A stretch of DNA of 63,871 nt, filler included, from Basidiobolus ranarum (lineage: Eukaryota), in the NCBI GenBank assembly GCA_040143965.1. It is 44 parts of 44 records of this genome, joined end to end, with 100 filler letters (N's around TTAATTAATTAA, not from the genome) between each part and the next. Parts side by side here need not be neighbours in the genome. Positions count along the whole stretch, not along the records: positions 49,498 to 50,846 come from JASJQH010012325.1; positions 50,947 to 52,295 come from JASJQH010012326.1; positions 52,396 to 53,743 come from JASJQH010012327.1; positions 53,844 to 55,191 come from JASJQH010012328.1; positions 55,292 to 56,638 come from JASJQH010012329.1; positions 56,739 to 58,085 come from JASJQH010012330.1; positions 58,186 to 59,532 come from JASJQH010012331.1; positions 59,633 to 60,979 come from JASJQH010012332.1; 36 more parts are not named here. The stretch is one strand, 5' to 3'. This document shows positions 50,461 through 62,525 of the stretch, piece by piece. Position 1 is the first letter of the stretch, and each line of letters begins with the position of its first letter. The notes beneath the pieces were generated by a model. The model was not told the DNA's origin. It saw nothing but the letters and a program-made list of their open reading frames with translations, and did not search any database. Position numbers and translations under genes: made by a program.

Positions 50461-51464
50461 CCTGGTGTAGATTTGCCAAATCAATGAAGTTTATTCTCTC
50501 ATACATATGCACTACTATAATCCAAATACAACAGTAAACTCCATGATTTTACCATCAAGAGCTTGGTCAGATTTCACATGCTCACTGATATCAGTTCACC
50601 AAATAGTCTGCCTATCATCAAACATGGTATTAGCCATAAGCTGTCACAATAAGGAACTGGACAAGGACTGGGAACAACAACAAGAGGCTAGAAGGCAGGA
50701 GAGTACTTGGGTGTAGACCACAAGACAAGACAAGACAAACTGGACAAGGAAGATACTTTGGCAAGAACCTTTATTGATAACTGGTGTTGATCAGACTGAG
50801 GTCTGATCAAGGAATACATAGTGCTTATATAGATATTGCAAGGTGANNNNNNNNNNNNNNNNNNNNNNNNNNNNNNNNNNNNNNNNNNNNTTAATTAATT
50901 AANNNNNNNNNNNNNNNNNNNNNNNNNNNNNNNNNNNNNNNNNNNNACTTTACACTTAATCAAAGTCTTTGCAATCTTAAAAGAACTACTTCTTTTTTGT
51001 CAGACTACAAGCTAGAGAAACCACCAGAGTTTTTTCTACCCTGGTAGTATTGAAGATTCTTGATAGGTCTATCATCAGAAATAATCTTTTCTCAGAAAGT
51101 CTTCAAGCTATTAACATACTATATTGTGTCTTTACCCTTTAAAGATAGAGTGAAGAATATATCTCCTATCTATATTTCTAAGCTTCCAGTATATAAAATT
51201 CAACTTTGTTGGATATTTGTAGTGGTATTAAGTTTTGTTACTGAATAAATTTGTTAACACCCCTATCCCACACTACACTGTGTAAACCATTGAAATCCCT
51301 GGCACAAAGGAAGCCACCAATATTGGGATAGCTCTCTGGTGGCTTTGCCATCTAGAAGAGTGGATCCAACTCAGGTCTCTAAAAATGGCAATTTATGTTC
51401 AAAAAATCCTTAATCTTTAATTTTGCTAATTTCATATTCAGAGTATTCTCCCTACATGAATTGC

Positions 51465-52248
51465 TGGGGGTGGGTTAATAGATTGGCCCTGGAAGGTGTT
51501 TCTGGCTTGTGGCTCTAAGAGAGACACAGGGAATACAGTGTGGATGCTGAAATGATGTGGGAGTTCAAGGCAGAAGGCTATCTAAATGATTTGCTTACTA
51601 ATCTTAAAAGGTGCCAGTCTTTTTTGATCAAGTGTATTGCCAGGTCTGGTGGTTGGGATATTTATTTGGATTAGCACATGATTTCCTTGCTTGAGATCTG
51701 GGTTTAGCTCTCTTTCCTTATCAGTAAAGTTGTTGTATTTGGATTGAGCATGCTCTAACTAGAATATTAATTGTTGATGGATATCCTTAAGGAAAGTGGC
51801 ATGGTCTTCATATTCAGGGTGTTCTTTGACTTGGATTGCTGGGGGTGGGTCAATGGATTGGCCCTGGAAGGTGTTTCTGGCATGTGGCTCTAAGAGAGAC
51901 ACAAGGAATATATTGCAGAATTTGAAATGGGCTGGGATTTCAAGGCGGAAGGCTACTGAATTGATTTGCTAAATAATCTTATAAGGCCCTAGTCTTTTAT
52001 GATCAAGTTTATCTCAAGGTCTAGTGGTTTTGATACTTTTCTGGAGTAGCAAACTTAATCTCCTGGCTTGAGATCTGGGCTTTGCTTTCTTTTCTTACCA
52101 GTAAAGTTCTTGTATTGGGATTGAGCATGCTCCAACTCAGATATTAATTGTTTATGGATGTCCTTAAGGAAAGTGGCATGGTCTGAGGCAGCAGAACAAG
52201 GTAGATAGCATGGTGGATGAACTGTGGGACAAGTATGACATCCATGCA
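51465..52248 (-). pseudogene. Chromovirus integrase C-terminal segment, locally duplicated
   Basis: Two diverged copies (about 51465-51810 and 51841-52185) of 42410-42960. Confidence 0.85.
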
Positions 52249-52395
52249 CCCTAACAAAAATAAAATCGATATGATCCGGATTGGATCCACCCTCTNNNNN
52301 NNNNNNNNNNNNNNNNNNNNNNNNNNNNNNNNNNNNNNNTTAATTAATTAANNNNNNNNNNNNNNNNNNNNNNNNNNNNNNNNNNNNNNNNNNNN

Positions 52396-53743
52396 CCTGG
52401 AAAGAGCAGCCAAGTCAATAACATCTGAGTGGCTGATACACACTAAAGTGGCCCCATTCAGAAGTGCGCCCCAAACTTCGAAAGTGGCAGCATCGAAGGA
52501 GGTACTAGCAATATGAGCAATCTTGTCACTCTCTTGGATATTGATATACGTTGTATTTTTTACCAGACGAACCACGGATCGGTGTTCTACTAAGACTCCC
52601 TTGGGAGTTCCTGTTGAACCAGATGTATAGATAGTGTAAGCTAGATTCGAAGATGCTGGGCGTCTGGAAACCAATTCTTCCGACAATTCCATGATAGACG
52701 AGATATTTTCATCCAAGCTGATGATATTATAATCTCCTATTGGTATTGCGAACACAGTTGATTTCTGGCATATTACGATATCAGACTTTGTATCTTCCAA
52801 GATGAATCGCAACCTATCTGCAGGGTACTGAGGGTCCAATGGAATATATCCTCCACCAGCTTTGAGTACAGCCAAAAGAGCTACTATCATAAAGGGTGAG
52901 CGCTCCATGCATATAGCAACGGAAGACTCTAGATTGACGCCGAGAGTAACAAGGTAAGAAGCCAACTTATTTGACATTTGATGCAGCTCAAGGTAAGTGA
53001 GCTGTTCATCATTATGGATTACACCGACGGCATCTGGTGTATTGCGAACTTGATGCTCGAAGATGTCGACAATCGAACTATTGCGGGGATAGTCAGTAGC
53101 AGTCATATTCATCGTCACTAGTAGATTCTCACGTTCCATGTGATCTACAAGTTGCAAGGTCCCTATGGCCTGGTCGGGCTTTTCAACAGCAACTCTCAGT
53201 ATTTTCCGCAAATCCGAAACCATTCTGAATATCGTGTCGGAGCTGAACAAATCGGTGCTGTAAATGAAATCGGCTTTCAATCCATCACCATTTCTCCAGA
53301 AATGTACTTCGAGATCGAATCTGGTAGCAATTTCTCCTGTCTTGAAAGGTGTAGCCGTAATATCATTGAACTTGAAGTTGTCGAATGAAGCATCTTGTAA
53401 AGCGAACATTACTTGAACCAAAGGATTTCTACTAAGATCACGTTCCGGTTGAAGTTCGGCTACGACTTGTTCGAACGGAATGTCTTGGTGGCTGTAGGCA
53501 CCTAAAGTAACATCCTTGACCCGTGCCAAAAGCTCGTTGAATGTTAGTTCATGATCCATTTTAACTCGGATTACTTGGGTGTTGACAAAGAAACCAATCA
53601 GCCCTTCAATTTCTTTGCGGTTACGATTTGCTATTGGAGAGCCAACAGCAATGTCATCTTGTCCTGTGTACTTGTAGAGGAGAATTTCAAAGGCTGCCAG
53701 CAAGGTCATAAATAAGGTAGAACCTTCATTCTTGCTCAATTCC
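52396..53743 (-). CDS. Non-ribosomal peptide synthetase fragment (condensation domain C-half and adenylation domain N-half)
   Basis: TLFMTLLAAF..GSPIANR..GLIGFFVNT..AYSHQDIPFE; LTYLEL; YTIYTSGSTGTPKGV; SFDAATFEVW; open across the whole contig. Confidence 0.97.
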
Positions 53744-53843
53744 NNNNNNNNNNNNNNNNNNNNNNNNNNNNNNNNNNNNNNNNNNNNTTAATTAATTAAN
53801 NNNNNNNNNNNNNNNNNNNNNNNNNNNNNNNNNNNNNNNNNNN

Positions 53844-54155
53844 TAAAACCGCGAATGTTTGACCAGCATCATACGAGATTGCAAATTGACAATGACCTCC
53901 ACTATGAGTAGCTACTCCACTAAGTTTAACGCTTATTGACCCGCCAGCCTTAACTGTTTGAACAATTCCACCTTGTTCATACCCTTTGCATGGGAATACA
54001 CCTAGTGGATCCACCATGTTATAGTCGGGAACGCCAGGAAAGGTTGGGTTATACTTAGAGTGGCGTGGAGGAGGTTGAACCATTTCCATATGAGCGACGG
54101 TCAACGCCGCAAAGCTTAAAAGAACTGTAGCTGATTGGAAATAATTCAAGAACAT
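53844..54155 (-). CDS. Secreted AA11-like lytic polysaccharide monooxygenase, N-terminus
   Basis: Signal peptide then N-terminal His (HMEMVQPPPR), FPCKGY, ATHSGGHCQFAISYD. Confidence 0.8.
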
Positions 54156-55101
54156 CGCAAGCAAATTAAAGAACTTAAAACCTTGGAGTCTCTGATTTTT
54201 ATACTCAACTCGAAGAATCAAGTTGCTGAAGTTCTCTACAAAAATTAAACCATATGGAGATTCCAAGTCCAGTACATGAACATATCACCGGTTGGAAACC
54301 GGTCTACACTAATCAAAATGGTCATATGAATGAAATATCAAGGTAAGAAGATGATTATCAGGTGATGCACACGCTAGTGCTGAGTTCATAATCCGCGGAA
54401 TATGGTTATTAACTTATTGGAAACCCTGGGACGCTAGAGTATATCACTTCCCAAAGAGTTAGTGTGAATTTCAAGACCACCAATTTGGTATAATTGAACC
54501 CGATATGCTTCGGAAATATTCGCTGAATTAGTATTATTAGCAAGAAGATATTCACCATGTTAATTTGTACTAGTTCATGATAGTGTCACACAACTTGTCT
54601 AGGTAACTGGTCCCTGACTGACGGCTCGAACTTCCGAGACTTAATCACTAACCTACTCTTGCCTTTACTCAGGGGAATTATGAACGTTCATAGCAACTTT
54701 GTTACTGAGATTGTAGGTACAGCCAATCAGTATCTCAACACGTTTCGATGTCTGATACTAACATCAGATCATAATCGTGATTCTTCACAGTTAGAGACTA
54801 TATAGTGCAGAAGATTGGTGCCAGTTGATAATAATAATTAGGGTTGTGGGGAAATCTGCTGAAGAATACCCTCATGAGCATGTGATGATGTAGGAGTGTG
54901 ATAAGAAAGTCAAGACGCAGTCATAAGATACTACTTCGAGAATTCAAACTGCTCTAATCTCACTACGCGAAAATTCATAATAATACTAATGGATTGGGAT
55001 ACCTGTTGCATCGTTACTATCTATAAACACTTTAAATCATATTGAAGTTGTACCAAGTTGGTAAAGTTTATTTATTAAACAGTCCCAATGATGAACACTA
55101 C

Positions 55102-55191
55102 TTAACAGGCACCTAAATCAGTCCAAACACTGCTAGTATCTGGAGATTCATTCTGAGTCCACCATTTGGCTTGCCACAAATGTCCTTTATG
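55102..55191 (-). CDS. C-terminal CBM5/12 (ChtBD3-type) chitin-binding domain of the upstream gene
   Basis: HKGHLWQAKWWTQNESPDTSSVWTDLGAC*. Confidence 0.85.
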   Translation of the reverse strand, partial: HKGHLWQAKWWTQNESPDTSSVWTDLGAC

Positions 55192-55308
55192 NNNNNNNNN
55201 NNNNNNNNNNNNNNNNNNNNNNNNNNNNNNNNNNNTTAATTAATTAANNNNNNNNNNNNNNNNNNNNNNNNNNNNNNNNNNNNNNNNNNNNCTAGGCATA
55301 GCATACAA

Positions 55309-55381
55309 GGACTGGTAGCTCAGTGGTTAGAGCACCTTGCTAGAGTGAAGGAGGCCCCAGGTTTAAATCCTGGCCAGACCA
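55309..55381 (+). pseudogene. tRNA-like sequence (pseudogene or SINE head)
   Basis: A-box TAGCTCAGTGG, decayed B-box GGTTTAAATCC; cloverleaf with mismatches in acceptor and anticodon stems. Confidence 0.7.
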
Positions 55382-55399
55382 TTATTTCTCCCTAAACAA

Positions 55400-56530
55400 T
55401 TTCAATATTTGCACATATCCTAAGTCTGTACATAACTTTTGTAACCACATAGATTCTTGGGCAGTAGCAGTGGCAGCCATATACTCTGCTTTGGTAGTGG
55501 AAAGTGCTATGGTTAGTTGTTTCTTACTACTCAAATTTATGGCTTTATTACCATAGAGAGAAGTGTACCCAGTTGTTGATCTTCTATCGTCAAGGTTTCT
55601 TTCCCAGTCAGCATCACTCTAACCATCAAAATTTGTACATCAGGAGTGGCAGCAGATTACAGAACTAGATTTAAAGTTCCTCTCAAATACCTGAATATTT
55701 GTTTTACTGCAATATTGTGCTCAGATCCTTGATTTTTGAGATATTGGCTTACAGTTCCTACTGCCAAAGCAATGTCTGGACATGATCCAACCATTGTATA
55801 CATTAAACTACCCACCATAGATTGATAAGTAAACTCCTGACTTTGATTTGAGTCATTTTGGGCCAAATCAGATGAAACTTTAATCTTATATCATCAAGGT
55901 TTCTTCCCCAGTCTGCATCACTGTAGCCTCCAAATTTCTGAGCATCAGGAGTGGCAAAGTCTTCCAGAACTAGATTTACAGTTCCTCTCAAATACCTTAA
56001 TATTTGTTTTATTACAGTTTTGTGCTCAGATCCTGGATTTTTGAGGTATTGGCTGATGGTTCCCACTGCCACAGCAATGTCTGGACATGATCCAGCCACT
56101 GTATACATTAAAATATGAATCATTGATTGATAAGTAAGCTCCTGACTTTGATTTGAGTCATTTTGGGCCAAATCAGATGAAATTTTGATTGATTTCACAT
56201 TGGGATCCATTGGTGTCAATACAGGCTTGCTATTATCCATGTTGAAGTGTTTTAGGATATCTAGCATGTATCAAAACTGATTCAGCATGGTTTTCTGATT
56301 GGGTTTATCTCTTTTCACTTGGATTCCAAGAAAATAACTTAATTCACCCATATCAGTCTTCCGAAATTGGTTTGATAAGCTGCTTTTCTTCTGATCAAGT
56401 GCTTCTAGAATTTTTTTGGCCATGATTAATTCACCCACATGTGCTGCCAAGATAAAGATCCTATTTCCAGTTGTTTTGATGTAAATACTGTGAACTGCTG
56501 TGCATTTTTGGAATTCTGGTGAGACTAAAT
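55400..56530 (-). pseudogene. Copia RT/RNase H with an internal tandem duplication of about 300 bp
   Basis: NDSNQSQE.TYQSM..SCPDIA.AVGT.SQYLKN occurs twice. Confidence 0.88.
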
Positions 56531-57197
56531 GATAAAAGTGTTTAGGGGATTTGGAAGTGTTTTGGACAAGATTTGGATTTGTGAATTAGACACTTAAGTT
56601 TTATTGAATTGAATATGTCCTATTTATAGTTTACTATGNNNNNNNNNNNNNNNNNNNNNNNNNNNNNNNNNNNNNNNNNNNNTTAATTAATTAANNNNNN
56701 NNNNNNNNNNNNNNNNNNNNNNNNNNNNNNNNNNNNNNAATACAGAGTGGCACAATATTGCAGGGTATTCACCAGATAGCTTGAAGAATGTTGATTCAGC
56801 AACATTAAAACAATGGTGGGCTTTGATGGAGATATTGACACAAACTTGTGTTGGGTATGAGCTAAACCTTGGGTACAAAGAACTCTATAAAAATATTCAG
56901 GAGAATATATCAAAGTGACTAGGGATTTCAAAGGTGACAAATTAGCATGCAAGTGGTAATTGTGTAAAATTTGAGTCATGTTTTTTGCACATGTGTTGAT
57001 CCATAGCTCTCTGAGATTTTAGCCAATCATTTGCAACTATTTTGCAAGATCTTGAAATTTCACTCCTGAAACTGAAAAAATTGATTAAAATCAAATCTAA
57101 CTTGACAATTTTATGAAGATAACTAAACAGTCAATCCCAAATGGATTAAAATTGTGACAGTTTTCCTACAATAACAATCCTCAAATTTCTGTTAGGG

Positions 57198-58085
57198 TAT
57201 GATTGAAAAGATGTTTCATGAAGATCCAATTGATTTTGGTATTCCATGTGCAAGGAGCCTGTTTCAGACCATATAGACTTCTCTGTAGTTTGCATACTTG
57301 ATGTTCTTTTCCTTTTGCAATATATCCCTCTGCTTAATCCATGTATATATCTTCATCAATTTCTCCATTAAGAAATGCTATCTTGACATCCAATTGTTCA
57401 ATCAGCATTCCTTGGTGGGGAGCAATGGCTAGGATTACTCTGATTGAGGTAAACTTAGCAACGGGAGAAAATGTTTCATCATAGTCAATGCCATGTTTCT
57501 GAGCATAGCCTTTTACTACTAATCTTGCTTTGTACTGGTTAATAACTCCATCTGAGTTAAGTTTCAGTTTCAGCACCCATTTATTACCAATATTTTTTCT
57601 TCCAGTTGGTAAATCCACAACAATCCATGTGTTATTCTTGATTAGGGAGTGAATTTCATCATCAGTGGCTTTTCTCCATTCTGTTGCCCGATCAGATTTC
57701 AGAGCTTGTGTCAAATTTTCTGGTTCAGAAAATGCTATATGAGCAGATATATTCCACCCTTTTTCTGAATTGAAACAATTGATTTTATGCTCTGATTTGA
57801 GACATCCAAAGTCCTTAGTAGATTGGTCAGATGTTTCACTTACAGGATGTTTCTGATTTCCACTCAGTAGGATGTCTGAGACCTGATTTGCTGAATTTTG
57901 GGATTGATTGAATAAATGTTGTGATTGATTGCATACTTCCAATAATTGATTGCATCCAGTATCAGCCAGATTGAGAGTAGGATATTTCTTAGGTATGTGA
58001 TTGGTCAGAAAATTATTGCCTTGTTTCTGAGCCCAATTTCCTGATTCCTGATTGGCTGGAAAAATATTCTTTTTCTGATTACCAT
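57198..58085 (-). pseudogene. Copia RT N-terminal part
   Basis: EWRKATDDEIHSLIKNNTW..KWV..YKARLVVKGY..DETFSPV..QLDVKIAFLNG. Confidence 0.93.
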
Positions 58086-58185
58086 NNNNNNNNNNNNNNN
58101 NNNNNNNNNNNNNNNNNNNNNNNNNNNNNTTAATTAATTAANNNNNNNNNNNNNNNNNNNNNNNNNNNNNNNNNNNNNNNNNNNN

Positions 58186-58380
58186 AACCAAAGGAAGCTT
58201 GGTAGGAATAGGCCAGTCACCTTCAGCGGCGTGGAGATCAGTGTGGCAAACACCGGTGTATTCAATCTTGACGAGAACATCATCAGGTCCAGGAGTTGGA
58301 ACAGAGATAGTCTTGATCTCAACGGGTTTCTCGTGAGATTCGATGACGGCAGCCTTTTGAGTCTTGGGAATTTGGCACAT
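58186..58380 (-). CDS. ADH: Alcohol dehydrogenase N-terminus (second copy)
   Basis: Protein identical to 7308-7499 over the shared length. Confidence 0.95.
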
Positions 58381-59243
58381 TTTTACAAATAATGTAATGC
58401 TAAACAAATGACGAACTCGTCCCTATTTATTGTAGTTTCACTGTTTTGTGTCGGTATGTCGAATTGGTGCATAATGATTTTTCCCCCGCTTGGTAGCAAA
58501 TCAAACGTTTAGTCAAACATTTCATAGACCTAGTGCTCTCTCGATGATCACCATTTCGATGTTGCCCCCATGATAGAACAATCATATATTACTAGATCGG
58601 AATTAATCGAACATTAAGGGCGGTTCTATGTTGCCATAACGAACAAAAATGGGAATTACGAAAGATATGATTGAAATGAATTCCCTGAACAACGAAAACG
58701 GTTATCCTTTGAATCTCGAGCCGATCGAAATATAAAAATGGACAATATCAATACTAAAAGATGTAGTATCCCGCATATGCTATATATATTTATTTTAGGA
58801 AGGCATAAGTTACTTTTGGTAAGATGTATTTTTGGAGGCGGATTCTCGGCCAACAAATTTGGTGTATTCCACTCAGATACAACAAATCAGCTACAAAATT
58901 TAACCGAAAATACATTTAGTATTTGAAGTTTTGTTGGATACAGTTAACTCAGGTTTAAGGTGGTTGCAATACTTATCAGATTTACTAAGAATTTATTTAT
59001 GCAAGATTTGTATTATAAATTATTACTGAAAATTAAGCAACGATGATCCAGAAAAAGAAATCTTCATATCCAAAAAAGTAAAAATACGAATTGTATATCC
59101 TTAATGGATGAGAACAGTTTCCATATACAGTGAGCATACGCCCTAATTGACAACATTTATAAAAATCCAATAATTGATTTAACGAATAGAAATTTCTATT
59201 TATTCATCTACCGAAATTTACATAATACAAATTGATTACCAAA

Positions 59244-59532
59244 TTAATGGTTGTGCATATCAAGAACGATACGTCCAGCAATCTTACCAGCATGCATATC
59301 CTCATATACTTGAGGAATGGTTTCCATATCTTGGACCTTGTAGTGACACTTGACCTTACCGCGAGCAGCAAAGTCGAGAGCCTCAGCAAGATCTTGACGG
59401 TTACCAACAATGGAACCACGGATGGTCAAACGTTGGAGAACAAGATCGAAGACAGGGAAAGTTCCCTTAGCACCAGCGGGAAGGGCAATGCAAGCAACAG
59501 TACCCCAACGACGAGTGTAGTCAACAGCTTGT
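59244..59532 (-). CDS. ADH: Alcohol dehydrogenase C-terminus (upstream tandem paralog)
   Basis: TIRGSIVGNRQDLAEALDFAARGKVK..GKIAGRIVLD. Confidence 0.95.
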
Positions 59533-60590
59533 NNNNNNNNNNNNNNNNNNNNNNNNNNNNNNNNNNNNNNNNNNNNTTAATTAATTAANNNNNNNNNNNN
59601 NNNNNNNNNNNNNNNNNNNNNNNNNNNNNNNNAGAAAGTGGCTTCAGAAGAAAAACAATTAACTTGACATTCAGTCTGGTGTGGACCATGCAGATATCTG
59701 GGAAGAACTTAATACAGAGTGGCACAATATTGCAGGGTATCTGCTAGATAGCTGGAAGAATGTGGATTCAGTAATGTTAATACAATGGTGGGTTTTGATG
59801 CAGATATTAAAACAAACTTGTTTTGGATATGAGTTAAACCTTAGTTATAAAGAACTCTATAAAAATGTTCAAGAGAATATATCAAAGAAACTAGTAATTT
59901 TGAAGGCAACAAATTAGCATTCAAGTGTTAAATGTGTAAAATTTGAGTTACATTTTTTGCACATGCTTTGATCCATAGTTCTCTGATATTATAGCCAATC
60001 ATGTGCAACAATTTTGCAAGATCTTGAAATTTCACTCCTGAAACTGAAAAAAATTGATTAAAATCAGATCTAACTTGACAATTTTATGATGGTAAGTAAG
60101 TGGCCAATCCCAAATAGATTAAAATTGTGATGGTTTTCCTACAATAACAATCCTCAAAGTTCTATTAGGGTCAGTAATATAGAGACCCTTTGGTTAAAAA
60201 ATTAATCTGAACATAGTATCATTTATATTCATTATTCCCTAGCAATCCTAGCTAAACTGGTTTTAAATTCTGCACCAACATGTAAGTTTGCATAACATAG
60301 GAAATTACTGCCAAGTAGCATACATTTCATAAGTCATAGATTTCAGTTTACTATATGAGATGTTTAAATTTTTGGGGGGATAAATACACCAGTCATATGA
60401 AAATTATTTGGCTTATATTCTCATCAAAATAGAGTAAGAATTAGGACAGCAATCCCCTAAGATGCAGTGAAAGTATAGGATTATATCTTTCATTAACTCA
60501 GATGCCAGGTTTGTAGGCATTAAGAAAAGAAATATAAATGCAATAGTCATATCAAAGATATAGCTGGTAGTCTATCTGACATTTTGATAG

Positions 60591-60979
60591 TGTTGAAATT
60601 AGCATTGCTTAAGAACCTATATAGTCATATATAGCTTAATACTTAGCTATCTTTTAATTTACCATGATATTACCCATTATTCTCAATCAGGTATTACTTG
60701 AAATATTTATACCTACATAGAAGTTCTCAGATATGTAGATTTTTCAAACTTGTGATTGAAGCCCCAGACTTTGCACACTTGTTCCTGAGACCTTCCTTAA
60801 CACATTTTACACTTTAATTTGCTTATATCTTGACAAACTATAAATATCAACTTTTTACTCAATAAATTAATAAGTGAAAGCCACGAATATCTCTAATTCT
60901 CCAAACCACTTTCAACAGGCTCCCAACTACTTTAACAGGTTATGAGCCCCAGGGTTGCACTCTCTGCAATGTCTACTTC
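60591..60979 (+). mobile_element. Copia 5' LTR (60591-60937), PBS GGTTATGAGCCC (60938-60949) and gag ATG
   Basis: Same architecture as 15456-15961. Confidence 0.9.
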
Positions 60980-61079
60980 NNNNNNNNNNNNNNNNNNNNN
61001 NNNNNNNNNNNNNNNNNNNNNNNTTAATTAATTAANNNNNNNNNNNNNNNNNNNNNNNNNNNNNNNNNNNNNNNNNNNN

Positions 61080-62425
61080 GAGGTACTTACTCTGTGTCCA
61101 TGGTTTGGGCTTTGTTGCTGTTATTGTGCTCAAAAATGTAAAAACCCAAGAGCACATTGAAAACAGCCCTTGGTTGGAAGGTTAATATCTCTGGAGTCTC
61201 GTTAACACATTTCATTATATCCATCACTGATTTTGCTGATATATTGTTAATCAGATTAGCATACAGCAATACTGACAATTTCACATGGAGCATCATTTCC
61301 CCACAGGTGTGCTCCATTGCGAACTTCCAGATTGTGTAGTAAGGTCCTATAATCTCTAAGCATTGTGAAAGATGCAGCAGGGAATGTATTAAATACCGGC
61401 ATAGATTCAGTCTATCTTCTTTAAACCTGTAATAATTTTTTTATATCCAATTACAAAATCTTTGCACAGTTGCTGTATCTGCCTGAGATCTGCCAATGTG
61501 AGTTGATGCCATAAGAATATATTAACAACATTGACAAACAATTCCCAATGTTGCCAATACTTATCAGGCAGAAATTGTTTCAAGATTCCACTTGAATATA
61601 TACAAATCCAATACTTCCAGTCATTGCATTTGAATAAATGCCTTGATGAGTGGATATTGATGGGAGTCCTGGTAAAATATGATGGTCTCTTGATGTTTCC
61701 AAGCATTTTTCCAATCAACGCAAACTTTGATCTTATCTCAAATGGCCCATTCATATTGAATTTTCCACTATATAGCTGAGTAAGTAGTATTGGTTTGTTG
61801 TTGAGCAGTAAGTGCATAGTGCCTAATTGGAGGCTTTGGCTCCAGCTGATCCCCCTTAGCAATATAATCTTAGGCTTATGGCTAATACCAACCCTAACAA
61901 AAATAAAATCAATTTGATCCGGATCAGATCCACCCTCCAAAATAGCAAAACCGTCAGAGAAACGTCACAATATTGCTGGCTTGCATTCTACCAGGGATTT
62001 TGATGGTGTGACGGTGGGTTCTTGATGGTATCTTAATGGTATTCATACATGTTAAAATATTGATCCGCAAATTTGGCATGCGTTATTTAATATGCAGCAA
62101 TTTTTGCAAAAATATAATTTTCAAATGGCAAATTACTGGGTTTACTGCTGTAGGAAATTGAATTAACATGCATGCCTTTATTTAGATATTTTAGGCCTTG
62201 TATTCCAGCCATAATGAGAATCAAAAATTACAAGAATCTTGTTGTGTTTAGTCTCTACATATGCACATATTTAACTGATTAGACACAACTCAACAACATC
62301 AATATGCTTTACCAGCAAACTAATGGTGGAATAATTGCTAAACATCTGAAATTTTGAATAGCACTGACACTTGGCAAATAGCTGACTCTTGTTACTGCTC
62401 GCAATGAGAATAAACTCTTGGATAT
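61080..62425 (-). mobile_element. CMC transposase (61080-61891) interrupted by terminus B of another copy (61892-62425)
   Basis: MHLLLNN..FKCNDWKYW; CCCTAACAAAA at 61892. Confidence 0.88.
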
Positions 62426-62525
62426 NNNNNNNNNNNNNNNNNNNNNNNNNNNNNNNNNNNNNNNNNNNNTTAATTAATTAANNNNNNNNNNNNNNNNNNN
62501 NNNNNNNNNNNNNNNNNNNNNNNNN

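Noticed and set aside
50947-51250. Possible tyrosine-recombinase or other TE remnant
   Set aside because: Too many stops and no convincing motif
52396-55191. NRPS + LPMO + CBM as one biosynthetic gene cluster
   Set aside because: The NRPS and LPMO are on different contigs, adjacent only through size sorting
55309-55381. Functional tRNA-Ser(AGA)
   Set aside because: No long variable arm, stem mismatches and a mutated TTC loop
1407-62481. Regularly spaced TTAATTAATTAA as a CRISPR-like or biological repeat array
   Set aside because: It always sits inside 44-N pads and is a six-frame-stop assembly linker
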